Position numbers and translations under genes: made by a program. Below are positions 11,255 to 20,680 of a stretch of DNA of 64,000 nt, in pieces. This DNA is from an uncultured Acidobacteriota bacterium (GTDB lineage Bacteria > Acidobacteriota > Thermoanaerobaculia > UBA5066): contig CAVZYA010000002.1 of NCBI GenBank assembly GCA_963779415.1, forward strand, positions 32,001 to 96,000, in the 5' to 3' direction. Positions within the stretch are counted from its first letter, which is position 1; each line of letters opens with the position of its first letter. The notes beneath the pieces are model-generated. The model searched no databases. It saw only the letters and a program-made list of their open reading frames with translations, and had not been told where the DNA came from.

Positions 11255-12208
11255 TCAACCCAGCCGCCTGCCGAGCCGCCACGAGCCCCACCCGAGGAGG
11301 AAACCGGCGTAACCGTCCACGGCGTAGTGCCACCCCGTCATGAGGGAACCGAAAAACGTCAGAACGGAGCAGACGCCGAAGAGGAGCGACAGACGCGGAA
11401 GCCGCTTCCGGGCGGCGAATGCGAGGAAGACCTGTGCAGCGACGTGGAGACTCGGCATGGCGGCGATGCCGAAGACGGCGTTGAGCGAAGTCCCGGGCTT
11501 CATCCCCGACGTGACGACGCGGTACTGCGCGATCAGGAGGCGCTGCGTCTCGGTCTGGAGCGGCAGATGGGCCCGAACGGCCGCGTAGTCGTCGGGAAAG
11601 ACGTAGCAGGGCCCCAGCGACGGGAGCGCGACGTAGAGCCACGAGGCGGCGATCCAGAGGAGAGCGAAGCCCGCGGCGAAGCGGGCCCGCTCCCGAGGGT
11701 CGAGGGCCGAGGCGAGGAGGGCGAAGCCGAATCCCATCGAGAAGACGAAGCCGGCGTAGTAGACGTCGATGCCCCGAAGGAGCGCGGGGTACGGGAAGAG
11801 CTCGATCAGAAACCGGTTCGGGTTGATTCCGAGATGGAGCTTCATGTCCAGTGCCGCGAGGAGCGGATCGGTCACCCAGCGGTTCAGATGGGGGACGAAG
11901 ACCTTCAGCCACGAGTAGCTCCACGTCATGAGGCCGAGGACGACGAACATCCGCGCGAGGTCGAGAAGGCTCGCCGGACGGAGAAGGAGCCGCAGGTAGA
12001 GCCGGGCGCGCGCCGTGCCGTCCCGGGCGGCGACCGCGATCGCATGGAGAGCCGCCCCCGCGGCGACGAGGCCGAGGCCGAGCAGGAACGTCGAGGGCTG
12101 TGCCTCGAGAAGCGACCGGACCGGAAGGCCGACGCGTCTCGAAAGGAGGGTCGCGACGAGAAGCGTGTTCGCGAGGACGAGGATCTCGTAAGGGCGAACG
12201 CGCCTCAC
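11255..12208 (-). CDS. PAP2 / inositol-phosphorylceramide-synthase-like membrane protein
   Basis: PSLGP, AAMPSLHVA and GWHYAVDG catalytic motifs; multiple TM segments. Confidence 0.8.
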   Translation of the reverse strand: MRRVRPYEILVLANTLLVATLLSRRVGLPVRSLLEAQPSTFLLGLGLVAAGAALHAIAVAARDGTARARLYLRLLLRPASLLDLARMFVVLGLMTWSYSWLKVFVPHLNRWVTDPLLAALDMKLHLGINPNRFLIELFPYPALLRGIDVYYAGFVFSMGFGFALLASALDPRERARFAAGFALLWIAASWLYVALPSLGPCYVFPDDYAAVRAHLPLQTETQRLLIAQYRVVTSGMKPGTSLNAVFGIAAMPSLHVAAQVFLAFAARKRLPRLSLLFGVCSVLTFFGSLMTGWHYAVDGYAGFLLGWGSWRLGRRLG

Positions 12209-13359
12209 GCCTTCCGCCTCCGGGCCGCGGCGACGAAACGCTCCGCGGCCGCCTCCACCTCTTCCGCCGTCGTGAATCGGCCGAGGCCGAATCGGATCGA
12301 GGAGGCCGCCTCCTCCGCGCTCCGACCGATGCCGCGAAGGACGTGGCTCGGCTCCGGCGACGCGGAGGTGCAGGCCGAGCCCGCCGAGACGGCGACGTCG
12401 CGGACGTCCATCATCAGGTCGTCGGCCCGGAGGCCCGCAAAACCGACGTTCAGGTTGCCGGCGAGGCGCTCCGTCGGATGCCCGTTCACAAACGCGCCGG
12501 GGACATCCGAGAGGAGCCGTGCCTCGAGCCGGTCGCGAAGGAGGCGGACGCGGGCCTGCTCTTCCTCCCGCTCCTCGAGGGCGAGTCGCGTCGCCGCGCC
12601 GAGGCCGACGACGGCGGGAACGTCGAGCGTCCCGGGGCGGAGCCCCTTTTCGTGCCCGCCGCCGAAGAGGACCGGCTCGAGCCGCACTCCCGGGTTTCGG
12701 GCGCGGACGAAAAGCGCTCCGGCCCCTTTCGGCCCGCAGATCTTGTGGCCCGAGAGGGAGAGGAGGTCGACCCCCGCCTCGTGGATGGCGATCGGGACCT
12801 TTCCGAAGGCCTGTGCCGCGTCGGTGTGGAAGAGGACTCCCCGCTCCCGGCAGACCTTTCCGATCTCGCGTAGCGAATTGAGCGTTCCGATCTCGTTGTT
12901 CGCCGCCGAGAGGGAGACGAGGATCGTCCGCTCCGTCAGCGCCGCGGCGACGGAGGACGGAGCCGTGGCTCCGAACGGGTCCGGCGAAAGATACGTGACG
13001 CGAAAGCCTTCCTCCGCAAGCGCGCGGCAGGGGTCGAGGACCGCCCGGTGCTCGATCGACGAGGTGACGACGTGGTCCCCGCGCGTCCGGCCGGCGCGCG
13101 CGGCGCCGAGGAGGGCGAGGTTGTTCGACTCGGTCGCTCCCGACGTGAAGACGATCTCGCGCGGCTCGGCCCCGAGGGCTTCCGCCACCGCCTCGCGGGC
13201 GATCGTGACGGCGGCTTCCGCGCGGAGGCCGAAAGCGTGCGTCCGAGAGGCCGCGTTCCCGAAGTGCTCCGAGAAGAAGGGGAGCATGGCGGTGAGGACA
13301 CGCGGGTCGACCGGCGTCGTGGCGTGGTAGTCGAGATAGATCGGGAACTTCAGGGCCAT
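12205..13359 (-). CDS. iscS: Cysteine desulfurase (IscS/NifS family)
   Basis: YLDYHATTP, FTSGATESNN, HTDAAQ, SGHK (PLP lysine) and SAGSACTS; alternative GTG start at 13371. Confidence 0.9.
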   Translation of the reverse strand: MALKFPIYLDYHATTPVDPRVLTAMLPFFSEHFGNAASRTHAFGLRAEAAVTIAREAVAEALGAEPREIVFTSGATESNNLALLGAARAGRTRGDHVVTSSIEHRAVLDPCRALAEEGFRVTYLSPDPFGATAPSSVAAALTERTILVSLSAANNEIGTLNSLREIGKVCRERGVLFHTDAAQAFGKVPIAIHEAGVDLLSLSGHKICGPKGAGALFVRARNPGVRLEPVLFGGGHEKGLRPGTLDVPAVVGLGAATRLALEEREEEQARVRLLRDRLEARLLSDVPGAFVNGHPTERLAGNLNVGFAGLRADDLMMDVRDVAVSAGSACTSASPEPSHVLRGIGRSAEEAASSIRFGLGRFTTAEEVEAAAERFVAAARRRKA

Positions 13360-13422
13360 CCGCCGTTTCACCCCCCCGGGGGTTTCATCGTGGCGGGACT
13401 CCGGTCAGAATTCAAGGACGCC

Positions 13423-13704
13423 ATGCGCCACGTCCTCGTCGCCACCACCCGGAGACACCAGCTCGCCGACGAGCTGCGCGACGTCGCCGACGGCCGGACG
13501 ACCTTCGTCTCCGTCCACGGGGTCGAAGCGACGCTCGAGCGGATCGCCCGGTCGGCCCGCCTCGACGCCGTCGTCACCGACGATCCCGGGGTCTACGCGG
13601 CGATCCGGAGCGAGATCCCGGGGAACATCCCCCTCCACCTCGTCGCCGACGACGAAGGCCCGCACGCCGTCCTCGAGGCGCTCGACGGCGACGTCATGGC
13701 ATAG
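13423..13704 (+). CDS. Small hypothetical protein with a degenerate receiver-like pattern
   Basis: AAGGA RBS-like site before the ATG; HVLVA / LDAVVTD / IPLHLV beta-strand pattern. Confidence 0.5.
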   Translation: MRHVLVATTRRHQLADELRDVADGRTTFVSVHGVEATLERIARSARLDAVVTDDPGVYAAIRSEIPGNIPLHLVADDEGPHAVLEALDGDVMA

Positions 13705-13731
13705 GGCAGCGGTACGATTCAGAACGAAAGT

Positions 13732-14004
13732 ATGAACGAACCCGAAGACCCGACCTTCGCTCCCGCCGACACCTCCCCCGAGGCGCGGGAGGTGCAGTTC
13801 GAGATCTACCGAAAGATGGGGACCTCGGGCCGCTTCCGCGCGGGGCTCGACCTCTGCGAGGAGGTCCGAACAGGTCTCTTGGCGGCCGTCCGCGCAAGGC
13901 ACCCGGAATACGACGACGAAACGCTCCGGCTTGCGACGGTACGGCTCCTCCTCGGAGAGGAGCTGTTCCGCGAGGTCTTTCCCGGCATCGAGGTCAGACC
14001 CTGA
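13732..14004 (+). CDS. Small helical protein, putative antitoxin or partner of the downstream nucleotidyltransferase
   Basis: 90 aa with DTSPEA...R.RHP pattern; its stop overlaps the next reading frame. Confidence 0.65.
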   Translation: MNEPEDPTFAPADTSPEAREVQFEIYRKMGTSGRFRAGLDLCEEVRTGLLAAVRARHPEYDDETLRLATVRLLLGEELFREVFPGIEVRP

Positions 14005-14561
14005 CATTCGAAGAATTCCTTCGGCTCGTCACGGGACGTCTCGAGACCTGTGGCATTCCCTACATGGTCAGCGGCGGCGTGGCGACACTGGCCCATGGCG
14101 AGCCACGGTTCACGGCAGATGCCGACATCGTCATCGCCCCCTCTCCGGAGCAGATCGAACGCTTCGTCGGCCTCTTTAAGGAGTCCGAGACCTACCTGAG
14201 TCGCGAGGCTGTCGCCGAGGCCCTCCGAGAGCGAACGATGTTCAACATCATCGACTCCCGCTCCGGCTGGAAGGCCGATCTGGTATTCCTGAAGGGCACC
14301 CCTTTCAGCCGGACGGAATTCGACCGGCGTCGATCCATCGAAGCTCTCGGCGTCCGTGTCACCGGTGTTTCCCCGGAGGACCTCGTTCTGAGCAAGCTCT
14401 CCTGGGGAAAGAAATCCGCTTCCGAGAAGCAGCTCCGCGACGTCGCCGGAATCCTTCGGATCCAGCGCGACGCGCTCGACCTCGACTATCTCCGCCGTTG
14501 GGCAAAGGAGCTGGGCGTCGAAGAGATCCTCGAGGAGCTGCTTAGAGAGACGGGCTCCTGA
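14001..14561 (+). CDS. Pol-beta-superfamily nucleotidyltransferase (AbiEii/DUF6036-like), putative toxin
   Basis: SGGVA...HGEPRFTADAD, EDLVLSKL and KQLRD motifs; the frame is open from CTG 14001, first ATG at 14064. Confidence 0.7.
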   Translation: MTFEEFLRLVTGRLETCGIPYMVSGGVATLAHGEPRFTADADIVIAPSPEQIERFVGLFKESETYLSREAVAEALRERTMFNIIDSRSGWKADLVFLKGTPFSRTEFDRRRSIEALGVRVTGVSPEDLVLSKLSWGKKSASEKQLRDVAGILRIQRDALDLDYLRRWAKELGVEEILEELLRETGS

Positions 14562-14576
14562 CCCCGGCCCTCGACG

Positions 14577-16253
14577 TCAGCGGGGGGCCTCCTCCAGCTG
14601 TCCCCGCTTGTACTCGCTCCGCATCTCGGACTGGAGCCGGCCGAGGCGGTAAGTGCCCCGGTTGACGAAGCGCCCCCAGACCGCGAGCGACGGGTGGACG
14701 GTCTCGATCTGCCTCCAGATCTCCTGGACGAGGACCCGGTAGTCGGGGTGCCCCTGCGGCATCGAGCGCAGCTCGCAGAAGTGAATCGCCTCGCGGAGGT
14801 TCATCCGGACGGCCCAGCGCGTCCGGAAGGCGAAGGGGACGACGTACTGGGCTTCCCATGGGAACTCCCCCCGCAGCTTCTCGTGGAGGCTCGCAGCTTC
14901 TTCCATGCAGGCGTCAAAGAGCGGGCGGCCGCCGATCTGGTCGATCTCGGTCGGGACGTCCCAGCCGTGCGCCGTCGTGAAGAGCTGCCGCTCCTGCGAG
15001 AGGATCCGGTGCCGGTGAAGGTCCCGGTAGATGCCGAAGTTCCCGAGGAGATCGAAGGTGTAGTCGACCGCCTCCAGCGCCCGCGGCGGCTTGTCGCGCC
15101 GGTGACGGCGGAGGGTGGCCAGCTCCTCCATCCGGGCGGCGCGCTCCGCGGGGGGCATCGCGGCCACCCGCGAGCGGAGGAGCGCGAGCGGCGCCTCGGC
15201 GTGGGAGTAGAGAAGCGCGGCAAGGACCTTCTCTTCGGCGTCGGGGTCGTAGTCGAGGAGCTGAACCCGCTCTCGCGGAGTCGGCTCGGGGAGAGCGGAT
15301 CCCGGGACCGACCGGGCCATCGCTCCGGTTCGCTCCCTTAGCGCCTCGAGGTAGTCGCTCCGCCCGGCGCGCTTCACGAAGGCCGGGATCAGCTCGTCCA
15401 GCTCCGATTTCAACGCGCCCCCGAGGAGGTTCAGCTCCCCGAGCGGGTGCGAGAGGAGGCGGTCGATCAGGTGCTCGTACGCCTGCCCGGAAGCGAAGAC
15501 GCCGACGTTCGTCCGGGTGGCGCCCGGAAGGTAGCCGCGCATGACGTCGCAGGCGTGGGCACGGACCGTGGCGTCGTAGGCCCGCTTCGCCATCTTCAGG
15601 AGATCCTCGTCCCGGGTGACCTCGGCCCATGCCAGCGGTTCCCCGCTCCTCGGGTGCCGGACCTCGACCTCCTCGATCGGAAGAAGCTTCCGGATTCCCT
15701 CGAGCATCGGCTCGATCTGGGCGGCGTACGCCGAGAAGAGGCCGTCCATCAACGTCAGGAACGGATTGCGGTGCGGGGAGGCGCAGAGCCGCTCCTCGGG
15801 ATGGAAGAGCCAGCTTCCCTCGGCGTCCTTCCGGTCGAAGCGGACGTAGCGCGTCGACTTCTCGAGAAAGGCGATCCCGACCCGGCTGTCCTCGATCGCC
15901 TTGGCCGCCACGTTCGAGATCCCCTCGAGCGCCATGTGGGCGCCGCCGAGCTGCGCCACGGAGTCGTCGCCGTAGCCGACGAGGACGCGGTCGTAGAACT
16001 CGCGCGCCTTCCGGAGCGCGGAACGGCTCTCCGGCGTCCCGGGCCCTCCGGAGAGGAGCCCGGCCGCCAGCCCATCGCCGCCGCGAAACTCGTCGAGGAA
16101 GATGCGCCGAAGGCTCTTCGTCGTCCGGCTGTAGCGCGAGAAGAGCGCGCCGGCCACTTCCTGCGGGAGCTTGAGCCCGAAGACGTCGCGGTCGGTATTG
16201 GTGAAGTAGGGAGAGAGAGCGCGCCGCTCGGTCTCGAAAAAAGCCTCGGCCAT
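14577..16253 (-). CDS. thyX: FAD-dependent thymidylate synthase, tandem two-domain form
   Basis: LFSRYSR, YGDDSVAQL and EKSTRYV in the N-half; DLHRHR, NLRE..H..ELR and QGHPDYR in the C-half. Confidence 0.88.
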   Translation of the reverse strand: MAEAFFETERRALSPYFTNTDRDVFGLKLPQEVAGALFSRYSRTTKSLRRIFLDEFRGGDGLAAGLLSGGPGTPESRSALRKAREFYDRVLVGYGDDSVAQLGGAHMALEGISNVAAKAIEDSRVGIAFLEKSTRYVRFDRKDAEGSWLFHPEERLCASPHRNPFLTLMDGLFSAYAAQIEPMLEGIRKLLPIEEVEVRHPRSGEPLAWAEVTRDEDLLKMAKRAYDATVRAHACDVMRGYLPGATRTNVGVFASGQAYEHLIDRLLSHPLGELNLLGGALKSELDELIPAFVKRAGRSDYLEALRERTGAMARSVPGSALPEPTPRERVQLLDYDPDAEEKVLAALLYSHAEAPLALLRSRVAAMPPAERAARMEELATLRRHRRDKPPRALEAVDYTFDLLGNFGIYRDLHRHRILSQERQLFTTAHGWDVPTEIDQIGGRPLFDACMEEAASLHEKLRGEFPWEAQYVVPFAFRTRWAVRMNLREAIHFCELRSMPQGHPDYRVLVQEIWRQIETVHPSLAVWGRFVNRGTYRLGRLQSEMRSEYKRGQLEEAPR

Positions 16254-16271
16254 TTCCCGTGATCTTATCCG

Positions 16272-17237
16272 CTACTTCGCTAGGATCCGTACGGCGAGGA
16301 CCGGAGCGTAGACGCCGCCGGGCGGGACGGGGCCCGGCTCGGCGAAGAGAACCGCGTAGTACGACCCCGGGCCGTGGTCGAGCGGGATCCGGGCCTCGAT
16401 CCGCCCCCCGGAAGTCGCGAAGTCCCCGACGCCTCCGTTCGTATAGTGCAGCCCTCCCTTGAGGATCGGGAGGAGCCGCCGGATCGGAGGGGGAAGACCA
16501 TAGGACCCCCGGCGATTGACCTCCTCCCGCGTCAGCGGAACCGGCTCCGGGTCGTGAGCAACTTCGATCGACCCCGCCGACCATTCGGCGGGAAGCTGCA
16601 CCCGGATCGAAGCGGCCGAGCTTGCGGGGACGGGCCCCGCGGGGATCTCTACCCACTCGGCCGCGCGGCGGACGAACTCCTCCGTCATCCGGAACTCGCC
16701 CCCATTCCACGCGACCCCGATCCCGACGTGCGTCCACCTCGGGTCGAGGATCGCCCGGCGATGTCCGTCCTCCGGCGGCTTCTCCGACATCATCCGTTCC
16801 TGCGACTCCAGAAGGAGCTTCGCGATCTCCTCCTCCCGGACGACCCATCCCGTCCGAGTCACCGAGGCGGCGTTTTCGCCGTGGTAGTCGACGCCCCCGG
16901 CGAGAGCCCATCGGAGGTACGGGGGGCGGCCCGCGAGGTCCCAGTGCCCCAGGAAGCGTCCTTGCGCGGCTTCGAGGCAGAACTCGTCTCCCACCTTCGC
17001 CGCGAGAAGGTCGTACCCCAGCCGGGGAAGGCCGCGGGCCTCGCGATCCGCGTTGAGACGGCGGAAGAGCTTTCTCTTGGCTGCCGCGGCCCGCTCGACG
17101 TACGCGATCTCGTCCCGGTCGGGACCGAGCCGCCGGAATCCGGACGGAACCGCCGGCGATCTCCCCGGCGCCCCGCCACATCCCGCGGCGAGGAGGGCCA
17201 CGATGCCGGCCACGGCTTCGCGTTGAGGCTTCCGCAT
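16272..17237 (-). CDS. CAP/SCP domain lipoprotein
   Basis: LLAAGC lipobox; N.DR, GEN and GHRRAIL.P.WTHVGIG motifs. Confidence 0.75.
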   Translation of the reverse strand: MRKPQREAVAGIVALLAAGCGGAPGRSPAVPSGFRRLGPDRDEIAYVERAAAAKRKLFRRLNADREARGLPRLGYDLLAAKVGDEFCLEAAQGRFLGHWDLAGRPPYLRWALAGGVDYHGENAASVTRTGWVVREEEIAKLLLESQERMMSEKPPEDGHRRAILDPRWTHVGIGVAWNGGEFRMTEEFVRRAAEWVEIPAGPVPASSAASIRVQLPAEWSAGSIEVAHDPEPVPLTREEVNRRGSYGLPPPIRRLLPILKGGLHYTNGGVGDFATSGGRIEARIPLDHGPGSYYAVLFAEPGPVPPGGVYAPVLAVRILAK

Positions 17238-17331
17238 CACTTCCCGGGACTCTCCGCCCCGTAGAATCACGCCGCTCGTCCCTCCGCCGCAAGCGCGGGA
17301 AGAAGAGCCGAAGCCGGAAGAAGGAGACGCC

Positions 17332-18603
17332 ATGTACGCGATCGAAAGCCTTCATGCCAGGGAAATCCTGGACTCGCGGGGAAACCCGACGATCGAGGTG
17401 GAATGCATTCTGGAAGGGGGCTCGTCGGCCCGGGCCGCGGTCCCGTCGGGCGCGTCGACGGGGAGCCGCGAGGCGCTGGAGCTTCGCGACGGCGACAAGA
17501 AGCGCTACGGCGGCAAGGGAGTCCTCGGCGCCGTCCGGAACGTGAACGACATTCTCGCCCCCGAGCTGATCGGGATGGACGCGCGTCAGCAGGCCGAGAT
17601 CGACCGGACGATGATCGACCTCGACGGCACCGAGACGAAGTCGAAGCTGGGCGCGAATGCCCTCCTCGGCGTCTCGATGGCGGTCTGCCGCGCCGCGGCG
17701 GAGGCCTGCGCCCTCCCGCTCTTCCGCTACGTCGGCGGGCCCGGCGCCGTCACGCTCCCCGTCCCGATGATGAATGTCCTGAACGGAGGGGCGCACGCCG
17801 ACAACCCGCTCGAGCCGCAGGAATTCATGCTCTTTCCCGCGGGCGCTCCCTCCTTTCGGGAGGCGCTCCGCGCCGGCGCCGAGGTCTTCCACGCGCTGAA
17901 GGGCCTCCTCAAGTCGGAAAAGCTCGCGACCGGCGTCGGCGACGAGGGGGGTTTCGCGCCCGACGTCGCGACGTCGCGGCAGGCCCTCGACGTCATCGTC
18001 GAGGCGATCGGAAAGGCGGGATACAAGGCCGGGAAGGACCTCTTCATCATGCTCGACCCGGCGGCGTCCGAGTTCTTCGAGAGCGGCGCATACGCGCTCG
18101 AAGGGAAGAAGCTCTCCCCCGCCGAGATGGTCGCGTTCTGGGAGAGGCTCGTCGCCGACTACCCCATCGCCTCCATCGAGGACGGCTGCGCGGAGCAGGA
18201 CCGCGAGGGGTGGAAGCTCCTGACGCAGAAGCTCGGCACGAAGATCCACCTCATAGGCGACGACAACTTCGTCACGAATCCGAAGATCCTCGCCGAGGGG
18301 ATCCGGGACGGCATCGCGAACGGCCTTCTCGTGAAGTTGAACCAGATCGGGACGATCACCGAGACGCTGAAGGCCGTCCGGATGGCGCAGACCGCGAAGT
18401 ACGTCACCGTCCTCTCGCACCGTTCCGGAGAGACCGAGGACACGACGATCGCCGACCTCGCCGTCGCCGTGAACGCCGGATTCATAAAGACCGGCTCTCT
18501 CTGCCGGAGCGAGCGGATCGCGAAGTACAACCGCCTCCTCCGGATCGAGGAGGATCTCGGCGAGGACGCCGTCTGGCCGGGGCTCTCCTCCCTGAAGGCG
18601 TAA
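17332..18603 (+). CDS. eno: Enolase
   Basis: [41 protein letters not shown] and IKTG; GGAG RBS. Confidence 0.98.
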   Translation: MYAIESLHAREILDSRGNPTIEVECILEGGSSARAAVPSGASTGSREALELRDGDKKRYGGKGVLGAVRNVNDILAPELIGMDARQQAEIDRTMIDLDGTETKSKLGANALLGVSMAVCRAAAEACALPLFRYVGGPGAVTLPVPMMNVLNGGAHADNPLEPQEFMLFPAGAPSFREALRAGAEVFHALKGLLKSEKLATGVGDEGGFAPDVATSRQALDVIVEAIGKAGYKAGKDLFIMLDPAASEFFESGAYALEGKKLSPAEMVAFWERLVADYPIASIEDGCAEQDREGWKLLTQKLGTKIHLIGDDNFVTNPKILAEGIRDGIANGLLVKLNQIGTITETLKAVRMAQTAKYVTVLSHRSGETEDTTIADLAVAVNAGFIKTGSLCRSERIAKYNRLLRIEEDLGEDAVWPGLSSLKA

Positions 18604-18664
18604 CGCCAACGGCACGGAGGTTTCACGGGGGTCCGCTTGACTCCCGTGCTAGCCTCCGCGCTTC

Positions 18665-19336
18665 ATGTTTGGCCCCCTCCCCCTCCTTTTCGCCGTCTCC
18701 GCCGCGCTTGCCACCCCTGTTCCGCACGACGTGGCGGCCGTCGCCCGCCTTGCCGAGGCGGCCTCCCGCTTCGAGGAGGACGCCTTCGCGGGCGAATACC
18801 TCCGGACGACACGGACGCAGATTCTCTCCCTCTCGGGCGCGGTCCTCGGCGAGGACGTCGAGAAGGTCCGCGTCCGGATCCACGACGGGCTGGTCGAAGT
18901 CGAGCTGATCCAGGCTCTCGACCGCGGGCACGACGTGACCGACGAGCGGAAGAAGACGTTCCGCTCCGTCCCGCCCGCGACGGAATCCGGCACCGGGATC
19001 CCTCTCGCAGCGAACGGGACGGGGCTCGTCTTCACGCCGATCCCGCTTCCGTCGGGAGAATGCGGCGCGGCGTTCGCACCGGTCGTGACGGGATCTTCGG
19101 GAGCCGAAGGGCGCTTTGCGTGGGACTGCAACACCCTGACGCCGCTCTGGGCGGAGCTCAAGCCGACAGACGCCCCGGCAGCGCTTCGCGAGCCTCGTGC
19201 CCGGCTCGATTTCGCGCGAGAGGGCGACCTCATCTACCCCGCGCGCTACACGCTCGAAGGGCTCGTTGCCGACGGCGAGACGACCGTCCGTATGAGGCTC
19301 GTCCTCGAGATCTCGGACCTGACGCTCCGGACCTGA
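18665..19336 (+). CDS. Secreted hypothetical protein
   Basis: Signal-peptide-like N-terminus; coding-like composition; lies between eno and ftsB. Confidence 0.55.
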   Translation: MFGPLPLLFAVSAALATPVPHDVAAVARLAEAASRFEEDAFAGEYLRTTRTQILSLSGAVLGEDVEKVRVRIHDGLVEVELIQALDRGHDVTDERKKTFRSVPPATESGTGIPLAANGTGLVFTPIPLPSGECGAAFAPVVTGSSGAEGRFAWDCNTLTPLWAELKPTDAPAALREPRARLDFAREGDLIYPARYTLEGLVADGETTVRMRLVLEISDLTLRT

Positions 19337-19392
19337 CCTCCCGCCCTAGCCCGCCTGTCGCGCGCGGCGACGGCGCTCTGCGACAATAAGAC

Positions 19393-19899
19393 GTGCGCGT
19401 CACGCGAATCGTCGGTCCGAGAGGCGGCCGTTCGGGCGTCATCGACATCCGCCGCGCGACAGCCCGCTTCGCTGACCGGCAGAACATCTCGAGGCCCGAG
19501 GAGCCGCCCGACGAGCCCGCCCCGCGCGCGCCCGGCGCGCGCCCCGAGCCGACAGCGGTCAGGCCCGCTTCGTATTTCCTCGTCTCGCTCGTCTTTTCCG
19601 CGCTTCTCTTCGCCCTCTTCTTCGTCGGAGACCGCGGCCTCCTTCAGGCCCGGCGTCAGCGCGTCGAGCTTCGCGCGGCGCAGGAGGAGGTTGCCCGGAT
19701 CTACGCCGAGAACCGGAAGCTGGAGACGGAGGTGGCCGCGCTGAAGAACGACCCGCGCGCGCTCGAGAAGGTGGCCCGCGAGAAGCTCCAGCTCGTCAGG
19801 CCGGGCGACGTCGTCGTCGTCCTTCCGGAGGGGTGGGAACGGCGTGTCCGGCCGGAGGCGATGAAGCCCGCGCCTTCTCCCGTTCCGACGCCGCGCTGA
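19393..19899 (+). CDS. ftsB: Septum formation initiator (FtsB/DivIC family)
   Basis: TM segment, GDRGL, coiled coil and LEKVAREKLQLVRPGD; synteny with eno; exact start uncertain. Confidence 0.85.
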   Translation: MRVTRIVGPRGGRSGVIDIRRATARFADRQNISRPEEPPDEPAPRAPGARPEPTAVRPASYFLVSLVFSALLFALFFVGDRGLLQARRQRVELRAAQEEVARIYAENRKLETEVAALKNDPRALEKVAREKLQLVRPGDVVVVLPEGWERRVRPEAMKPAPSPVPTPR

Positions 19900-19911
19900 G
19901 CACGGGAGTCG

Positions 19912-20373
19912 TCAGGGGACGTTCTTCAGCTCTTCCAGCACCTCGGCCGCGTGCTTCGACGGGGTGACTTCCTCGTAGATCTTCGCGATTCTTCCCTTCG
20001 AGTCGACGAGAAAGCTCTTCCGCTTCGCGATGCCGAACGCGAGGTCGACGCCGTAGCGCTTGATCACTTTGCCGTCCGCGTCCGCAAGGAGCGGGAAGGA
20101 GAGGCCGTTTTTCTTGGCGAACTTCTCCTGCGCCTCGACGGTGTCCTTCGAGATTCCGATGACGGCGACGTCTTTCGGGTACTTCGGGCCTTCGTCACGG
20201 AAGGCGCAGGCTTCGATCGTTCACCCGGGGGTGTCCGCCTTCGGGTAGAAGAAGAGGACGACGCGCTTCCCCTTCAGCCCCGAGAGCTTCAGCTTCTCTC
20301 CGTGCTGGTCCTTGAGGTCGAAGTCGGGGGCGGCGTCGCCCGGCTTGAGAGAGGTGGAAGAGAGAAGTCCCAT
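19912..20373 (-). CDS. bcp: Peroxiredoxin BCP/PrxQ, probable selenoprotein (Sec at codon 51, TGA 20223-20221)
   Basis: Manual translation: MGLLSSTSLKPGDAAPDFDLKDQHGEKLKLSGLKGKRVVLFFYPKADTPG-U-TIEACAFRDEGPKYPKDVAVIGISKDTVEAQEKFAKKNGLSFPLLADADGKVIKRYGVDLAFGIAKRKSFLVDSKGRIAKIYEEVTPSKHAAEVLEELKNVP*; absent from the ORF track. Confidence 0.88.
20188..20205 (-). promoter_or_regulatory. Candidate bacterial SECIS hairpin
   Basis: On the mRNA strand GCCUUC-[CGUGAC]-GAAGGC; the stem starts 16 nt after the UGA and the second loop base is G. Confidence 0.6.
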
Positions 20374-20427
20374 ACCGGCACTCTACGCCGCGGCGCGAAA
20401 GCCGGATCTCTGAGTCGCCCCTTCGCC

Positions 20428-20456
20428 TTGACGGCCATCGGGCGGCGCGGTATCTT
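20428..20456 (+). promoter_or_regulatory. Sigma70-type promoter of tRNA-fMet
   Basis: TTGACG-N17-TATCTT followed by a GC-rich discriminator, 12 nt before the tRNA. Confidence 0.7.
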
Positions 20457-20468
20457 GCGCATCCCTGA

Positions 20469-20545
<77 letters not shown>

Positions 20546-20554
20546 AAACAACAC

Positions 20555-20597
20555 GAAGGGCGCCAGTCACTTACGACCGGCGCCCTTCTTGTTTTCT
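20555..20597 (+). terminator. Intrinsic terminator after the tRNA
   Basis: GAAGGGCGCC...GGCGCCCTTC stem followed by TTGTTTTCT. Confidence 0.75.
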
Positions 20598-20680
20598 GAA
20601 TCCGTCGAGACAGCTCTGAGCGCGTGGGTCTCCCCTGCGCGGGCCGGTCTCGGGACCTACATTACCCGTGGAGGTGCGTT

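Noticed and set aside
14914-18615. Very long ORFs in the track (e.g. 1233 aa at 14914-18615, 897 aa at 10637-13330, 911 aa at 28729-31464, and the first half of 54706-58602)
   Set aside because: They are antisense or off-frame shadows of real genes, as expected in high-GC DNA with few stops; they are R/G/P-rich and lack motifs
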